Shown here piece by piece: positions 54,344 through 63,541 of a DNA stretch of 64,000 nt. The position numbers and the translations under genes were made by a program. Source of the stretch: a bacterium (lineage in GTDB: Bacteria; Patescibacteriota; Saccharimonadia; Saccharimonadales; Saccharimonadaceae); assembly GCA_030429975.1 (NCBI GenBank), contig JAUIGB010000001.1, positions 44,190 through 108,189 on the forward strand, in the 5' to 3' direction. The notes beneath the pieces are model-generated. The model did not search any database. It saw only the letters and a program-made list of their open reading frames with translations, and was not told the origin of the DNA. How positions within the stretch are numbered: position 1 is the first letter of the stretch; each line of letters starts with the position of its first letter.

Positions 54344-56773
54344 TCATGAGCCCCCCACTGTCTGTTTTTTAGCGAATCCAAATCCTGTCTTTCTTGGACC
54401 GCCGCTCTTTTTTGCCATCTCTTCGGTTTTATTCACTCGTGTCGTACTTTGCTCGGCCTGATGTCTAGGTTTGACGTGCAGATAGTAGGTAGACTTTAGA
54501 CCACGTTTCCATGCTTCCATGTAAATCTTTTCGTATTCGTCTAAATCGCGTGTTTCTAGATACATGTTTCGGCTAATCGCCTGGTCAACCCACTTCTGGG
54601 CACGCCCAGCTACTTCGATAAACGCGTACGGGCTCAGCTGGAAACTCGTCTTGTAAACGTCTTTGATGTGCTGTGGAATCGCTTCTATATCTTGTATGTC
54701 GCCCTGATTCGCCAGGACTTCGTCTTTTACTTGGTCCCATATGTTGAGCTCTTTTAGCTTTGCGACCATATTGTGATTTATCTCTAGGAATTTGCCATTT
54801 AACGTAGCGCGGCTAAATATCTGCGCAAACCGTGGATCAATGCCTGGCGTAGTACCCGCAACGTGGCCAATATTCGCCGTTGGCGCAATCGCCATCAACG
54901 TTGCGTTACGCATACCTTTTTTGGTCTTTTTTCGCAGTGCTTCCCAATCTAGTTTGTGCTTGCGCGAGATAGCAACGCGGACCTTGCGGGCATCTGCCAG
55001 CGTGTCTAGAGTATCGATTGGCAACAAGCCTTTGCTCCAACCGCTTCCCTTGAATTGCGGATAACTACCGAGTTTTTTGGCCAAATCAGCCGATTCATCG
55101 ATAGCATGATAGCTGACGAATTCTACCAACTGATCAATTAAATCGTATGCCTCTTCGCTTTCATAGCTATAGTTGAGCTTTTCCAAGACGTCGCTCAAGC
55201 CCATCACACCTAGTCCGATAGCTCGGTTTTGCAAATTCGAATTCATCGCTTCTGGCACTGGCGTATTAGTGATATCGCACAGGTTATCTAGTTGCCTAGT
55301 AGCAGCTCGTGATGCTTTTTCTAATCGTTCCCAGTCCCAACTACCGTCCTCGCCCAAGAATTGCGACAAGTTAATACTGATTAGGTTACAAACAGAGATG
55401 TTCTTTTCATCCTGTGGCAATGTAATCTCGGTGCACATGTTCGAGCAGTGAATCGTGCTGGTATTGTTGTTTAGCGCGCGAACGTTGATAGTGTCCTTCC
55501 ATGTTAGCCATGGATGGCTCGTTGCTTGTAGTTGCGTCAAGATCTGGCGATATTGATGACGCGCGGATGTTTTTTGGAACGTGCGCATCTTGCCCGCTTC
55601 GGCTAGTTTGCAATATTCCGCGTAACGAGCCGAGAACTCCTCGCCATACAACTCGGGCAAGTCAGGCGTGTCGGCTGGATCGAACAGATACCAATCCTTG
55701 TCTTTTTCGACTCGTTTCATGAATTCGTCGCTCAAATAAACGGCCGTGTTCATGATTCGGGTTCGCATGTATGGATCACCCGAATTGGCGCGTAGGTCCA
55801 AAAATTCCGGAAAGTTCAGGTGCCAGTTCTCTAGATACATGGCGGCACCGCCCATCTTTTTGCCTTTTCGGCTGACAGCGAATAGCGCCGTATCGATCAT
55901 TTTCATGAAAGGAATGGGGCCTGTGCTCTCGGTATTAGTAGTCTTTACTGGACTACCCGCGGCGCGAAGCTTGGTCATAGTAATACCGATTCCGCCAGTT
56001 CCTTTGGCAATCCACATCGTATCGCGAACGCTCTTTGCAATCGCCTCCATGTCGTCTTGAACCTCTATCAGAAAGCAGTTGGACAATTGAGGGTGCGCGC
56101 CACCGGCGTTTACCCTAGTAGAACCACCCGTAACGTACTCTAGTCGACTCATATGCTCATAGAACTCAATCGCCGCCTTCGTTGGATTTTTTTCGTTGTA
56201 ACTAAGCCCCATCGCGATTCGCATGTGCGTAAACTGTGGAACTTCTAGAGGTTTTTTACTATCACCGTGTAGACGCAGAGCGTATCGGTTCATAGTCGTT
56301 ACCACGCCTAGATATTTGAACAAGTCATCTCGCTCTGGGACCAGTGCCTCGGCAAGTTTTTTCAAATCAAACCTCTTGTCGGCCATTCGCTTATCTAACA
56401 GGCCATCCTTAACCGCCTGCTTGATAAACTGCGGAAACTTCTTTACGTGAAGTTTTGCCACGTCGTCGTGTGATTCGAAATCACCCAGAATATTCTTGTA
56501 AACGTTTTTTAGCATTAATCGCGCCGCGATGGTGTCAAAATCTGGATCGTCTTTGACGTTTTGTAGCGCGGTATGAATAACGGCCTCGTCCAGTTGTTCG
56601 GTGGTGATGCCGTCAAATAATGTCAATTGCAATTCACTGGCTACCTGTACTACCTTTTGGATTTGGTCTGGGAGACCCTCACTAGCAACCACCAAAGCAA
56701 GGTTGATTTTGTTCGCATCGAAAGGTTCACGTGTTCCATCTCGTTTGACGACGCTTATACCCATGTTACCCAA
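54344..56773 (-). CDS. nrdA: Ribonucleotide reductase large subunit (class I) with ATP-cone, lacking C-terminal Cys pair
   Basis: 809 aa with an ATP-cone VVKRDGTREPFD, active-site LSNCFLIEV and SNMCTEITLP, and STYYLH. No Cys in the last ~45 residues. SD AAGGAGG upstream. Confidence 0.95.
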   Translation of the reverse strand: MGNMGISVVKRDGTREPFDANKINLALVVASEGLPDQIQKVVQVASELQLTLFDGITTEQLDEAVIHTALQNVKDDPDFDTIAARLMLKNVYKNILGDFESHDDVAKLHVKKFPQFIKQAVKDGLLDKRMADKRFDLKKLAEALVPERDDLFKYLGVVTTMNRYALRLHGDSKKPLEVPQFTHMRIAMGLSYNEKNPTKAAIEFYEHMSRLEYVTGGSTRVNAGGAHPQLSNCFLIEVQDDMEAIAKSVRDTMWIAKGTGGIGITMTKLRAAGSPVKTTNTESTGPIPFMKMIDTALFAVSRKGKKMGGAAMYLENWHLNFPEFLDLRANSGDPYMRTRIMNTAVYLSDEFMKRVEKDKDWYLFDPADTPDLPELYGEEFSARYAEYCKLAEAGKMRTFQKTSARHQYRQILTQLQATSHPWLTWKDTINVRALNNNTSTIHCSNMCTEITLPQDEKNISVCNLISINLSQFLGEDGSWDWERLEKASRAATRQLDNLCDITNTPVPEAMNSNLQNRAIGLGVMGLSDVLEKLNYSYESEEAYDLIDQLVEFVSYHAIDESADLAKKLGSYPQFKGSGWSKGLLPIDTLDTLADARKVRVAISRKHKLDWEALRKKTKKGMRNATLMAIAPTANIGHVAGTTPGIDPRFAQIFSRATLNGKFLEINHNMVAKLKELNIWDQVKDEVLANQGDIQDIEAIPQHIKDVYKTSFQLSPYAFIEVAGRAQKWVDQAISRNMYLETRDLDEYEKIYMEAWKRGLKSTYYLHVKPRHQAEQSTTRVNKTEEMAKKSGGPRKTGFGFAKKQTVGGS

Positions 56774-56837
56774 ATTCCTCCTTTACCTCACCTATTACAG
56801 TGTGGTGGATGTTAGTTTTTATTAATTGTTTTCCTGA

Positions 56838-56945
56838 ACACACCCGGTGGTTCCACTGCGACGCGTCTCTCGTGCGTCTATCGGGGGTGCAAGAAAACGC
56901 CCTATCCGTGATAGATCTGGCGGTGGTTTTCCCTCCGTCTTGCAC
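56838..56945 (-). promoter_or_regulatory. Structured GC-rich segment of the ~210-nt nrdA leader (attenuator or riboswitch candidate)
   Basis: 8-bp helix GTGCAAGA (56945-56938) / TCTTGCAC (56894-56887) encloses hairpin CGCC..CTATC-acg-GATAG-GGCG followed by TTTTCTT. Second hairpin GACGC...GCGTC at 56860-56878. Motif GGAA(AA)CCACCG occurs twice. Confidence 0.45.
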
Positions 56946-56966
56946 AATGTGTATTTTTGTTGAACT

Positions 56967-57020
56967 ACTACAATGTAGTGTCTACATACGACTATAAACC
57001 CCATATATATGGCATTTCAA
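56967..57020 (-). promoter_or_regulatory. nrdA promoter with two palindromes
   Basis: Minus strand TTGAAA (57020-57015), 18-nt spacer, TATAGT (56996-56991). Palindrome CCATATATATGG (57001-57012) lies in the spacer. ACTACAATGTAGT (56967-56979) lies just downstream of the predicted start site. Confidence 0.5.
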
Positions 57021-57067
57021 GTCTTTTTTTGTGTTTTTTTGACCACACGCCCATTTTGCTTGCGCTA

Positions 57068-57116
57068 ACACCTTATAGTGTTGTAAAAAACAAACACCAC
57101 ACTATATATGGTGTGG
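57068..57116. promoter_or_regulatory. Pair of NrdR-box-like palindromes
   Basis: ACACTATATATGGTGT (57099-57114) matches the published NrdR box acaCwAtATaTwGtgt at all but one position. ACACCTTATAGTGT (57068-57081) is a shorter variant. Centres are 32 bp apart. Confidence 0.45.
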
Positions 57117-57120
57117 TCGT

Positions 57121-58545
57121 TTATAAGTTGCTGTACAGGCAATCATACTGCAAACGCTCAGCTGGAACAAAGTTATCATTAAACAAAGGCTCTCCTTTTA
57201 ACACCAGTGGTCTAGATCCGTCGAACACAAAAGGCTGTCTGCTATAAGCCAAGATCATATTCGTTGATCGGTCATCTTCGTCCTGTATGTCATACCGAGC
57301 AAAGTCAAAGTACGCCCTATATGGTGCATCCATGGCGTTCAGTGTTTCCTTACACGCCCCTGTCGTATTAGCTATTACATTCGCAGCCACGACACCGTCC
57401 GAAGCGGTAATTCTCTCTATTTGCCGTCCATACTCCCTACTCATGAACGTAAAAGGAACTTCTATATCGCCGTATACGTCTATCAATATCACATCATAGG
57501 TACGATTCGTTTGATTCACAAACGTCCTTGCATCCTGAAAAATCAAATTAACATTTGGTGGGTCATCGTAGAAAAAATACTCTCGGGCAATTTCTGCCAG
57601 GCGCGGGTCTATTTCAACCACGTCTATATTCGAATCAGGATATTTATCCGCCAGGTATCGAGGAATGACGAACGCGCCACCACCTAGAACCAATATATCG
57701 TCATGGTTAAGGACATGTTCCACCAGGCTTGCCATCTTTTGGGCATACCAATACGCCAATTCATCAGGTTTTTCTGGATCTACACCTGATTGCGCGCCTC
57801 TGGGACCCGTAACCAACCAACGCACGCCATCGGATTCCAGCACGTTGTAATGCGAGGTCGGCGTATCTATAGCGACAACATTGCTAACAGGCGTCGAAAA
57901 ACCAACCACCACCAGAGTTGCCAAGCTTACGCCCAGTCGCAATTTCCACTGCACGCGTGGAATCAATAACCAACTAATAGCCACCATAGTGACAGCAGTT
58001 ATGGCCAATGTTTCGTGTGCCCCTATATATCCAAACAATATAAATCCCGTTACGAATGTGCCCGATATACTGCCTATGGCGTTCATGGCAGACAGTCCCG
58101 CGATAGAGCGACCCGTCGACGACAGCGACCGCACTTTTAGTTTTGCGAGATATGGACTAATCATACCCAGTGCCAAGCTGGCGGGAGCGAATAACAACAA
58201 AGACGCGATTACGCCTTGTAGCCGCGGATCGACTATATTTTGTGACGCCCAATCTATCACCCCGCTATACCAAACCATGGTGCAGGCAATTAAAAATCCC
58301 GAGACCAACGACAGTCTAGCAACATCAATCGCGTAACCCCTGCTATCTGCCAACTTGCCACCTAGCCAATATCCCACGCTAAGGGCCGCGATAATCACGC
58401 CAATCACGCTTGTCCATACATAAATAGAACTGCCAATTCCAGGCGCCAATATCCTAGCACCAGCAAGTTCGAATGCCATCAATGCAAAACCGCTGACAAA
58501 TGCAAACGCCTCTAGCTTTCCAAATCTAACCGCTACCTTTTTCAC
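57121..58545 (-). CDS. Spermidine-synthase-like aminopropyltransferase fused to an N-terminal polytopic membrane domain
   Basis: 474 aa with about 7 TM helices, then ILVLGGGAFVIPRYL...DVVEIDP...ILIDVY methyltransferase-fold motifs. Confidence 0.7.
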   Translation of the reverse strand: MKKVAVRFGKLEAFAFVSGFALMAFELAGARILAPGIGSSIYVWTSVIGVIIAALSVGYWLGGKLADSRGYAIDVARLSLVSGFLIACTMVWYSGVIDWASQNIVDPRLQGVIASLLLFAPASLALGMISPYLAKLKVRSLSSTGRSIAGLSAMNAIGSISGTFVTGFILFGYIGAHETLAITAVTMVAISWLLIPRVQWKLRLGVSLATLVVVGFSTPVSNVVAIDTPTSHYNVLESDGVRWLVTGPRGAQSGVDPEKPDELAYWYAQKMASLVEHVLNHDDILVLGGGAFVIPRYLADKYPDSNIDVVEIDPRLAEIAREYFFYDDPPNVNLIFQDARTFVNQTNRTYDVILIDVYGDIEVPFTFMSREYGRQIERITASDGVVAANVIANTTGACKETLNAMDAPYRAYFDFARYDIQDEDDRSTNMILAYSRQPFVFDGSRPLVLKGEPLFNDNFVPAERLQYDCLYSNL

Positions 58546-58548
58546 TAT

Positions 58549-59124
58549 CTATAGTGTATCAGTTTTGGGGTGCTTTTTTGGGTTCTCGGCGGCAACACAA
58601 TACAGGACGGTTATGGGCGTACCCACGCCAACCGGAAAGAATAATTGATGCCTTCGTGAAATCAAGCCGCTCCCTCCAACAAACTGTGATGTATTTTCTA
58701 TCCATTGAGCCACTTCGTCGCCGATTACAGGTCTCACATCGTTCTCGTATTCATCCACTAGCATCTGTACAACCTCGTCCGCAGGAGCGCCCGTGGACAT
58801 ATATACTTGCTGTATTCGGGCTTCTTTGGCGTTTATCATGTTTGGTCGACCATGCGCCGTCTCTGCCAGCATTACGCCCAGGCCTGCGCCTATCGCCATC
58901 GCTCGTAACGTATTTACCCTGTCCCCCTTATCGTCTTTGTTTTCGACTGCCGAGTCCGACAAAAACCTCAACGTACCCAGTAAGCCCTTTGGTAACAATC
59001 TTGCCTCGTCAATTGCCTTGTCTATCATTTGTTCGGTAGTGCCGTAGCGTTCGTCCAACTGTAATACGGCGTCCAAATAATCATCCGAGGACGGGACTTT
59101 AAATGTTTCGCTATCCCATTTCAT
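58549..59124 (-). CDS. Hypothetical protein
   Basis: 191-aa ORF 3 nt upstream of the aminopropyltransferase-like gene. No motif recognised. Confidence 0.5.
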   Translation of the reverse strand: MKWDSETFKVPSSDDYLDAVLQLDERYGTTEQMIDKAIDEARLLPKGLLGTLRFLSDSAVENKDDKGDRVNTLRAMAIGAGLGVMLAETAHGRPNMINAKEARIQQVYMSTGAPADEVVQMLVDEYENDVRPVIGDEVAQWIENTSQFVGGSGLISRRHQLFFPVGVGTPITVLYCVAAENPKKHPKTDTL

Positions 59125-59178
59125 GTAATCAAATCATACCACTTTTTGACCCCTGTTCAAGCATTGGCACGTTGTGGT

Positions 59179-59213
59179 AAATAGTTGACGTGTTAATAGT
59201 TAACATGTTAACC
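59179..59213 (+). promoter_or_regulatory. Tandem operator-like sites upstream of the MarR gene
   Basis: AATAGTTGACGTGTTAA (imperfect) directly followed by AATAGTTAACATGTTAACC (59195-59213). SD AGGAGG and ATG 59234 follow. Confidence 0.55.
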
Positions 59214-59233
59214 TTTTTTTAGGAGGACATAAA

Positions 59234-59668
59234 ATGTCATTTGATTTTAGCCAAACCTATTTATATAAAATGCACCGTTTAACAAACTCGCTGGACCAGA
59301 CATTCGATACTGCCCTGCGTCAACATGCGAATATAGGGCTGTCACAGTTCAGTCTTCTCTTGTCTGTTCAACAACAAGAACCTGTTTCACAGTCAAACGT
59401 AGCACGGTATCTAGACGTCTCCCCCGCCGCGGTGAGCCGGCAAGTAGACCAGGCTGTCAAAAACGGCTGGGTTAATCAGGTCGAGTGTGACGGCGATCGT
59501 CGCACCCAAGAATTGAGAATTACGAACGCCGGAAAAGATAAGATTCAACATGGTATAGCGAGTCTAGAAAGCGGTGTTTTTGACGTATTCAAGGATGATA
59601 ACCGTCAAACAAACCTCATGGACCACATTGACACCCTTCAACTGAACATCAACAAACTTCAGAACTAG
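59234..59668 (+). CDS. MarR-family transcriptional regulator
   Basis: 144 aa. Winged HTH SQSNVARYLDVSPAAVSRQVDQAVKNGWV...DRRTQEL. Confidence 0.8.
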   Translation: MSFDFSQTYLYKMHRLTNSLDQTFDTALRQHANIGLSQFSLLLSVQQQEPVSQSNVARYLDVSPAAVSRQVDQAVKNGWVNQVECDGDRRTQELRITNAGKDKIQHGIASLESGVFDVFKDDNRQTNLMDHIDTLQLNINKLQN

Positions 59669-61050
59669 TTGCCAGTAGTATTCTGCGAGGTGCTGTAGTC
59701 GTTTCGCAAAGATTCCTGCGGTGATTTTACGTCCGCGCTAGAGGAGTTCGCGAACAAATGTATTGCCGTGGCCGCGGAAGCCACCAATCCAAGCGCAATC
59801 AAGACGCCCTTCCCTACATCCTTGGTTGTCTCGTGACGATCCAAAAACTCCGCTGGTGACATGTGTTTTTTGTTTGGGGCGTTTTTGCGAAGGTACTTTA
59901 CAAGACTCTCCAGCTCTTTTCGGTCACGCACTTCCTCGATGCATTCAATAACATCTATACTTGGGAAAGCCTCTTTCAAAGACTGCTTCAAGACCTCCGT
60001 CGGAGTTTGTCCGTTCTCATTGTCAAATTCTCCGTCATCAAAAAGTACGCCGATAAATTCACGGATATCTATGGGTCGCGTACCCATAGTGGTCAGGATA
60101 TATAGCAAATCACGCTCTATCTCATACACGGCATCTTTGCGCTCACTTTTGTATGGATTGATGACGTCTACGCTATTCCCTTTGTGCATGGCGTCCGATA
60201 GATGCTCAATGGTTGCTTCATTGATTGCCCGGGGACCATATTCACTAGGATCCTCAAATAACTTTTTTAGACCTGACGTGCAACAAATATCATCCGTGTC
60301 CGTTATGCCCTCGCAGACATGTAAAAGTTCGTGTAGAAACAACTCTCTATACTTTGATGGCGGATAGTAAGGATCTACGACTATCTCGCTTTGGTTACCT
60401 TCGTGTACTATCGCCGTCGCCATGACGCCTAGCATGTAAGTCCCCCTGCCTTCGTCCATAACAACCGCTAGGTTATCAAACCTACCTTCAGCTATTTCCA
60501 TAACCCATTCAGGCACCCACCCCTTGTCGATTGCGCCCTGAAGTTCGCACATAAATACTTCTTTTTGCGCGTCAAAGTGCATCATCATCCTATGATTTGC
60601 TAGTTGGATATTGTAGTTATGCCATTGTAGAAAGTTTATAAATTGATCGTTGCTAACTGCCCAGGTCATATCCTTGTTTCTCTCTAGCAATCTACCTATA
60701 TACTCTTTGTTGCCACTCCAATTTACGTCTTTAACATCTAGTATTCTGTCTAGGGTTGGGCTCTGTTTGTGGCCAGCTAGGTACTTATTAAGACGTTTTT
60801 TATTGGCTATTGATAAATTTTCTATATATTTTCGGACATCCCTGATTTCGCTTTTTGTGTCCGCCGTCAGTCCAGCATCTTCTAGGCCTTGTATCTCGTG
60901 GTATGCCATGATGATAGTATTATCGACTGCGTTTGCACCTAGCCCCACACTGTAGTCCACAATGTTGTCAGCAAAAAACTCGCTCTTGTCGAATCCGCCA
61001 AGATCGTCGTCGTTGCAATCCAAAACTCGTTGTACAGCTAGCTCACTCAT
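59665..61050 (-). CDS. Hypothetical HExxH zinc-metalloprotease-like protein with C-terminal TM anchor
   Basis: 461 aa with FLHELLHVCEG (HExxH) and a TM helix GVLIALGLVASAATAIHLFA near the C-terminus. Confidence 0.5.
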   Translation of the reverse strand: MSELAVQRVLDCNDDDLGGFDKSEFFADNIVDYSVGLGANAVDNTIIMAYHEIQGLEDAGLTADTKSEIRDVRKYIENLSIANKKRLNKYLAGHKQSPTLDRILDVKDVNWSGNKEYIGRLLERNKDMTWAVSNDQFINFLQWHNYNIQLANHRMMMHFDAQKEVFMCELQGAIDKGWVPEWVMEIAEGRFDNLAVVMDEGRGTYMLGVMATAIVHEGNQSEIVVDPYYPPSKYRELFLHELLHVCEGITDTDDICCTSGLKKLFEDPSEYGPRAINEATIEHLSDAMHKGNSVDVINPYKSERKDAVYEIERDLLYILTTMGTRPIDIREFIGVLFDDGEFDNENGQTPTEVLKQSLKEAFPSIDVIECIEEVRDRKELESLVKYLRKNAPNKKHMSPAEFLDRHETTKDVGKGVLIALGLVASAATAIHLFANSSSADVKSPQESLRNDYSTSQNTTGN

Positions 61051-61160
61051 ATCAAAAATCTTCGCGTTATTTTACCACAATAATATCTGTTAGTCAATAT
61101 TCTCGCCTCTGTTAGGTATTGACATTTATTTATCCTTATGCTATTATTGATGGGTCAATC

Positions 61161-61667
61161 ATGAAAAATAAAAACGTACCAACCCTAGAACACACACATA
61201 GTACCCACGAAAACCTAGTCGATATTGTCGATGGAGTCAGGCTATTGCGGGGCGCCGATTTATCGGCCCTTGTAGATGCCTTGCCTCAACACTCCCGGCA
61301 CGATGATGGCACTGACACACCAGACATGAAAACAGAATTCGACAAATCGGTTCTAGACAAATTCGTACACGAAAACCTGAGTTCGGAAGTTGGTGAAGAA
61401 TTTGGATTGCATGACGCCTGGGTAAATGTATACGCACCCGAGGATATCATGTACGCGCACAGGGACTGGTCAGAGCCACGACCTGCAAAAACCGTTATAG
61501 CTAACGTGACGGGTCAGGCTATGGTACTGTTTCCAGAAACCAACACTACTCTAGAGGTAGACGAAGGCGATGTCATAATCCTAGATGGCATGACAAATCC
61601 AGAACACGAAGTCATGTCTGTGGGCGACCGCGTATCAGTCGTCGGATTGTATACTTACCCAGAATAA
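61161..61667 (+). CDS. 2OG-Fe(II) oxygenase-superfamily-like protein
   Basis: HRD (HxD) ... EHEV (distal His) ... DRVSVV (RxS). TTGACA-N17-TATTAT promoter at 61119-61147. Confidence 0.45.
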   Translation: MKNKNVPTLEHTHSTHENLVDIVDGVRLLRGADLSALVDALPQHSRHDDGTDTPDMKTEFDKSVLDKFVHENLSSEVGEEFGLHDAWVNVYAPEDIMYAHRDWSEPRPAKTVIANVTGQAMVLFPETNTTLEVDEGDVIILDGMTNPEHEVMSVGDRVSVVGLYTYPE

Positions 61668-62297
61668 CTATTTAGCGTAATATCGGCGCAATAATGGCGT
61701 GACGACCGTGCCAAGTACGTCCAAAACAGCAAATGCACCAAGGAATCTAAAGAAAGATTCATCAATACCGTCACCAGATGCGAATACTAGATAAATCAAC
61801 ATCAGCGCGACGACCGTGACGAATCCAATCGTAGCCGATCGGGCGTGTATCACTATCTTTTTCTTTGAGTCTATCAACAAAAGTAATGACGTATGAGCAG
61901 CCGCGTATGACATTACTGCTAGTATCAGGAACGTCTTGCCCCATGTTTCACCGGTCAATACTTCCCATATCAAACCTGCGGCGGTAACAAAGCCCGCGAT
62001 GGACGCGACTACTCCAAAAAATACGAATAAATCATGTTTTTTATTCCCCGATAGGGCCGTGCTCGCTAATCCCGCCAGGCTAAAGATACCAACCGCCAAG
62101 GTTGTCAGTAATAATCGTAATTCAACTTCGCCAAAGGTTCCTAGCAAAAATATAAACACCGCGACTGCGGCACTGGCTATCAAAGACAAGACTAACGCGA
62201 ACAAATACGCTTTTTTCATGTTTCGTGGTGTCCACCTCCAGTCCTGTTTCTTAGCGACTTTTTTTGACTTTTTCCTACCCATTTTCCTGCTCCTCAT
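61668..62297 (-). CDS. Hypothetical polytopic membrane protein
   Basis: 209 aa with a basic N-terminus and about 6 TM helices. Confidence 0.55.
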   Translation of the reverse strand: MRSRKMGRKKSKKVAKKQDWRWTPRNMKKAYLFALVLSLIASAAVAVFIFLLGTFGEVELRLLLTTLAVGIFSLAGLASTALSGNKKHDLFVFFGVVASIAGFVTAAGLIWEVLTGETWGKTFLILAVMSYAAAHTSLLLLIDSKKKIVIHARSATIGFVTVVALMLIYLVFASGDGIDESFFRFLGAFAVLDVLGTVVTPLLRRYYAK

Positions 62298-62700
62298 TAT
62301 TGTTCAATGTAATATCACCTATTGTCGGATGTGCCAAACTACCGCCCCGTGAATAGATTCCTTCTACGGTTATGGTCTTGTTCATCGGTAGATCCACAAT
62401 ATCTTGACTGTCGTCATCGTGACTGCGCAACATGTAATACCTGCCCGTATCGTCCTGTAAGCCGTAGATGCATACCGTTGTACTTGGTGCTCTGGTGTCC
62501 TTTGGTGGCAGGCAAACCACTTTTCCCTCAATGCTAATAGGGCCTTCTTTTGGCAACATCGCTGTCTCGTTATTTGGGATAGGTGCATCACTAGTCAGCC
62601 GGGCGAATACAATTCCACCAAACAGCGTCAGCATTAATACAGATAGTATTATCGCCGCACGCAATTGAGAATTCCCCCAAATCCTTTTAATCATAAGCAT
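62275..62700 (-). CDS. Hypothetical secreted or membrane-anchored protein
   Basis: 141 aa with an N-terminal hydrophobic helix. Overlaps the downstream gene by 23 nt. Confidence 0.5.
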   Translation of the reverse strand: MLMIKRIWGNSQLRAAIILSVLMLTLFGGIVFARLTSDAPIPNNETAMLPKEGPISIEGKVVCLPPKDTRAPSTTVCIYGLQDDTGRYYMLRSHDDDSQDIVDLPMNKTITVEGIYSRGGSLAHPTIGDITLNNNEEQENG

Positions 62701-62749
62701 ATATTATCAAATAATGATACATAGTGATAGAACATCGTATAATCGTGCC

Positions 62750-63280
62750 ATGAGCAAACGCATTGGCATATATCCTGGAACATTTGATCCCGTACACGCG
62801 GGGCACATAGCATTTGCGCGAGAAACCATGCGCCTTTGCAACCTAAACAAGGTCTACTTTCTACCAGAGCCAAAACCACCCAAAAAACCAAATGCCACGG
62901 ATATCGTGACGCGAACGACCGCCCTTCGCAAGGCATTATCCAATATTGATGGCCTGGAGGTTTTTCAGCCCGGGTCAGAACAATATTCAATAGCTGATAC
63001 GTTACCCAAACTAACCAGTGCCTTCAAAGACACCGAATTTACTATGATGGTCGGATCTGATTCGTTCCGTTCACTGATAGACTGGCAGGATATAGATATC
63101 TTGCTACGCGGTCATAACTTCGCGGTCGGACTTCGAGGCGACGACACAGAGCAAGACATGGAAAAATCCGCGAAAGAATTCCAAGAAAAAATGGACCTAA
63201 AGCTGAACTACAAAATTATTCATAATCCCGACACAAAAAATATTTCGTCTACACGAATACGCGCCAAACGCGATAAATAA
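62750..63280 (+). CDS. nadD: Nicotinate-nucleotide adenylyltransferase
   Basis: GIYPGTFDPVHAGHIAFA (HxGH) and C-terminal ISSTRIR. ATG 62750 lies 6 nt after TATAAT 62738-62743. Confidence 0.8.
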   Translation: MSKRIGIYPGTFDPVHAGHIAFARETMRLCNLNKVYFLPEPKPPKKPNATDIVTRTTALRKALSNIDGLEVFQPGSEQYSIADTLPKLTSAFKDTEFTMMVGSDSFRSLIDWQDIDILLRGHNFAVGLRGDDTEQDMEKSAKEFQEKMDLKLNYKIIHNPDTKNISSTRIRAKRDK

Positions 63281-63361
63281 TGTCTAAAAAAGGACAAGCA
63301 GACATGCGAGCTGGCAGTGACTCGGGTAGAACCGAGCCACTCGCCTGCCCCTATGCATTTG

Positions 63362-63541
63362 TTAGACACGGTTTTGGTCCAGTATAGAGCGGACCATTCG
63401 AGCGCGTTCATTGTCGCCCCATGGGGCGATCAGTTCACGAATCTCGCGTACAGCCTTTTCGAGTCTCTGTTCTCTCGTAGGTCCAAGTCCTGGACATGAT
63501 CGACCTCCGTGATAGTTGCCGCAGAGCGTGCACAGATACAT
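63362..63541 (-). CDS. Small GC-rich ORF (59 aa) with N-terminal Cys cluster
   Basis: Hand translation: MYLCTLCGNYHGGRSCPGLGPTREQRLEKAVREIRELIAPWGDNERARMVRSILDQNRV. Its ATG overlaps the upstream stop (TAATG). Confidence 0.5.
   Translation of the reverse strand: MYLCTLCGNYHGGRSCPGLGPTREQRLEKAVREIRELIAPWGDNERARMVRSILDQNRV

Noticed and set aside
56887-56945. Partial resemblance of the nrdA leader to ZTP (GGGAAACCACCGGG) and cobalamin (AGGGAA) riboswitch cores
   Set aside because: Only short strings match. The B12 box, the GCCACUG element and the ZTP 3' CCGCCUGGGC pseudoknot partner are absent, and the helices do not fold like either class.
58554-60367. Plus-strand ORFs of 161 aa (58554-59039), 168 aa (59861-60367) and smaller ones
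   Set aside because: They are antisense shadows of the 58549-59124 and 59665-61050 genes. The translations are R/S/L/P-rich and lack start-site signals.
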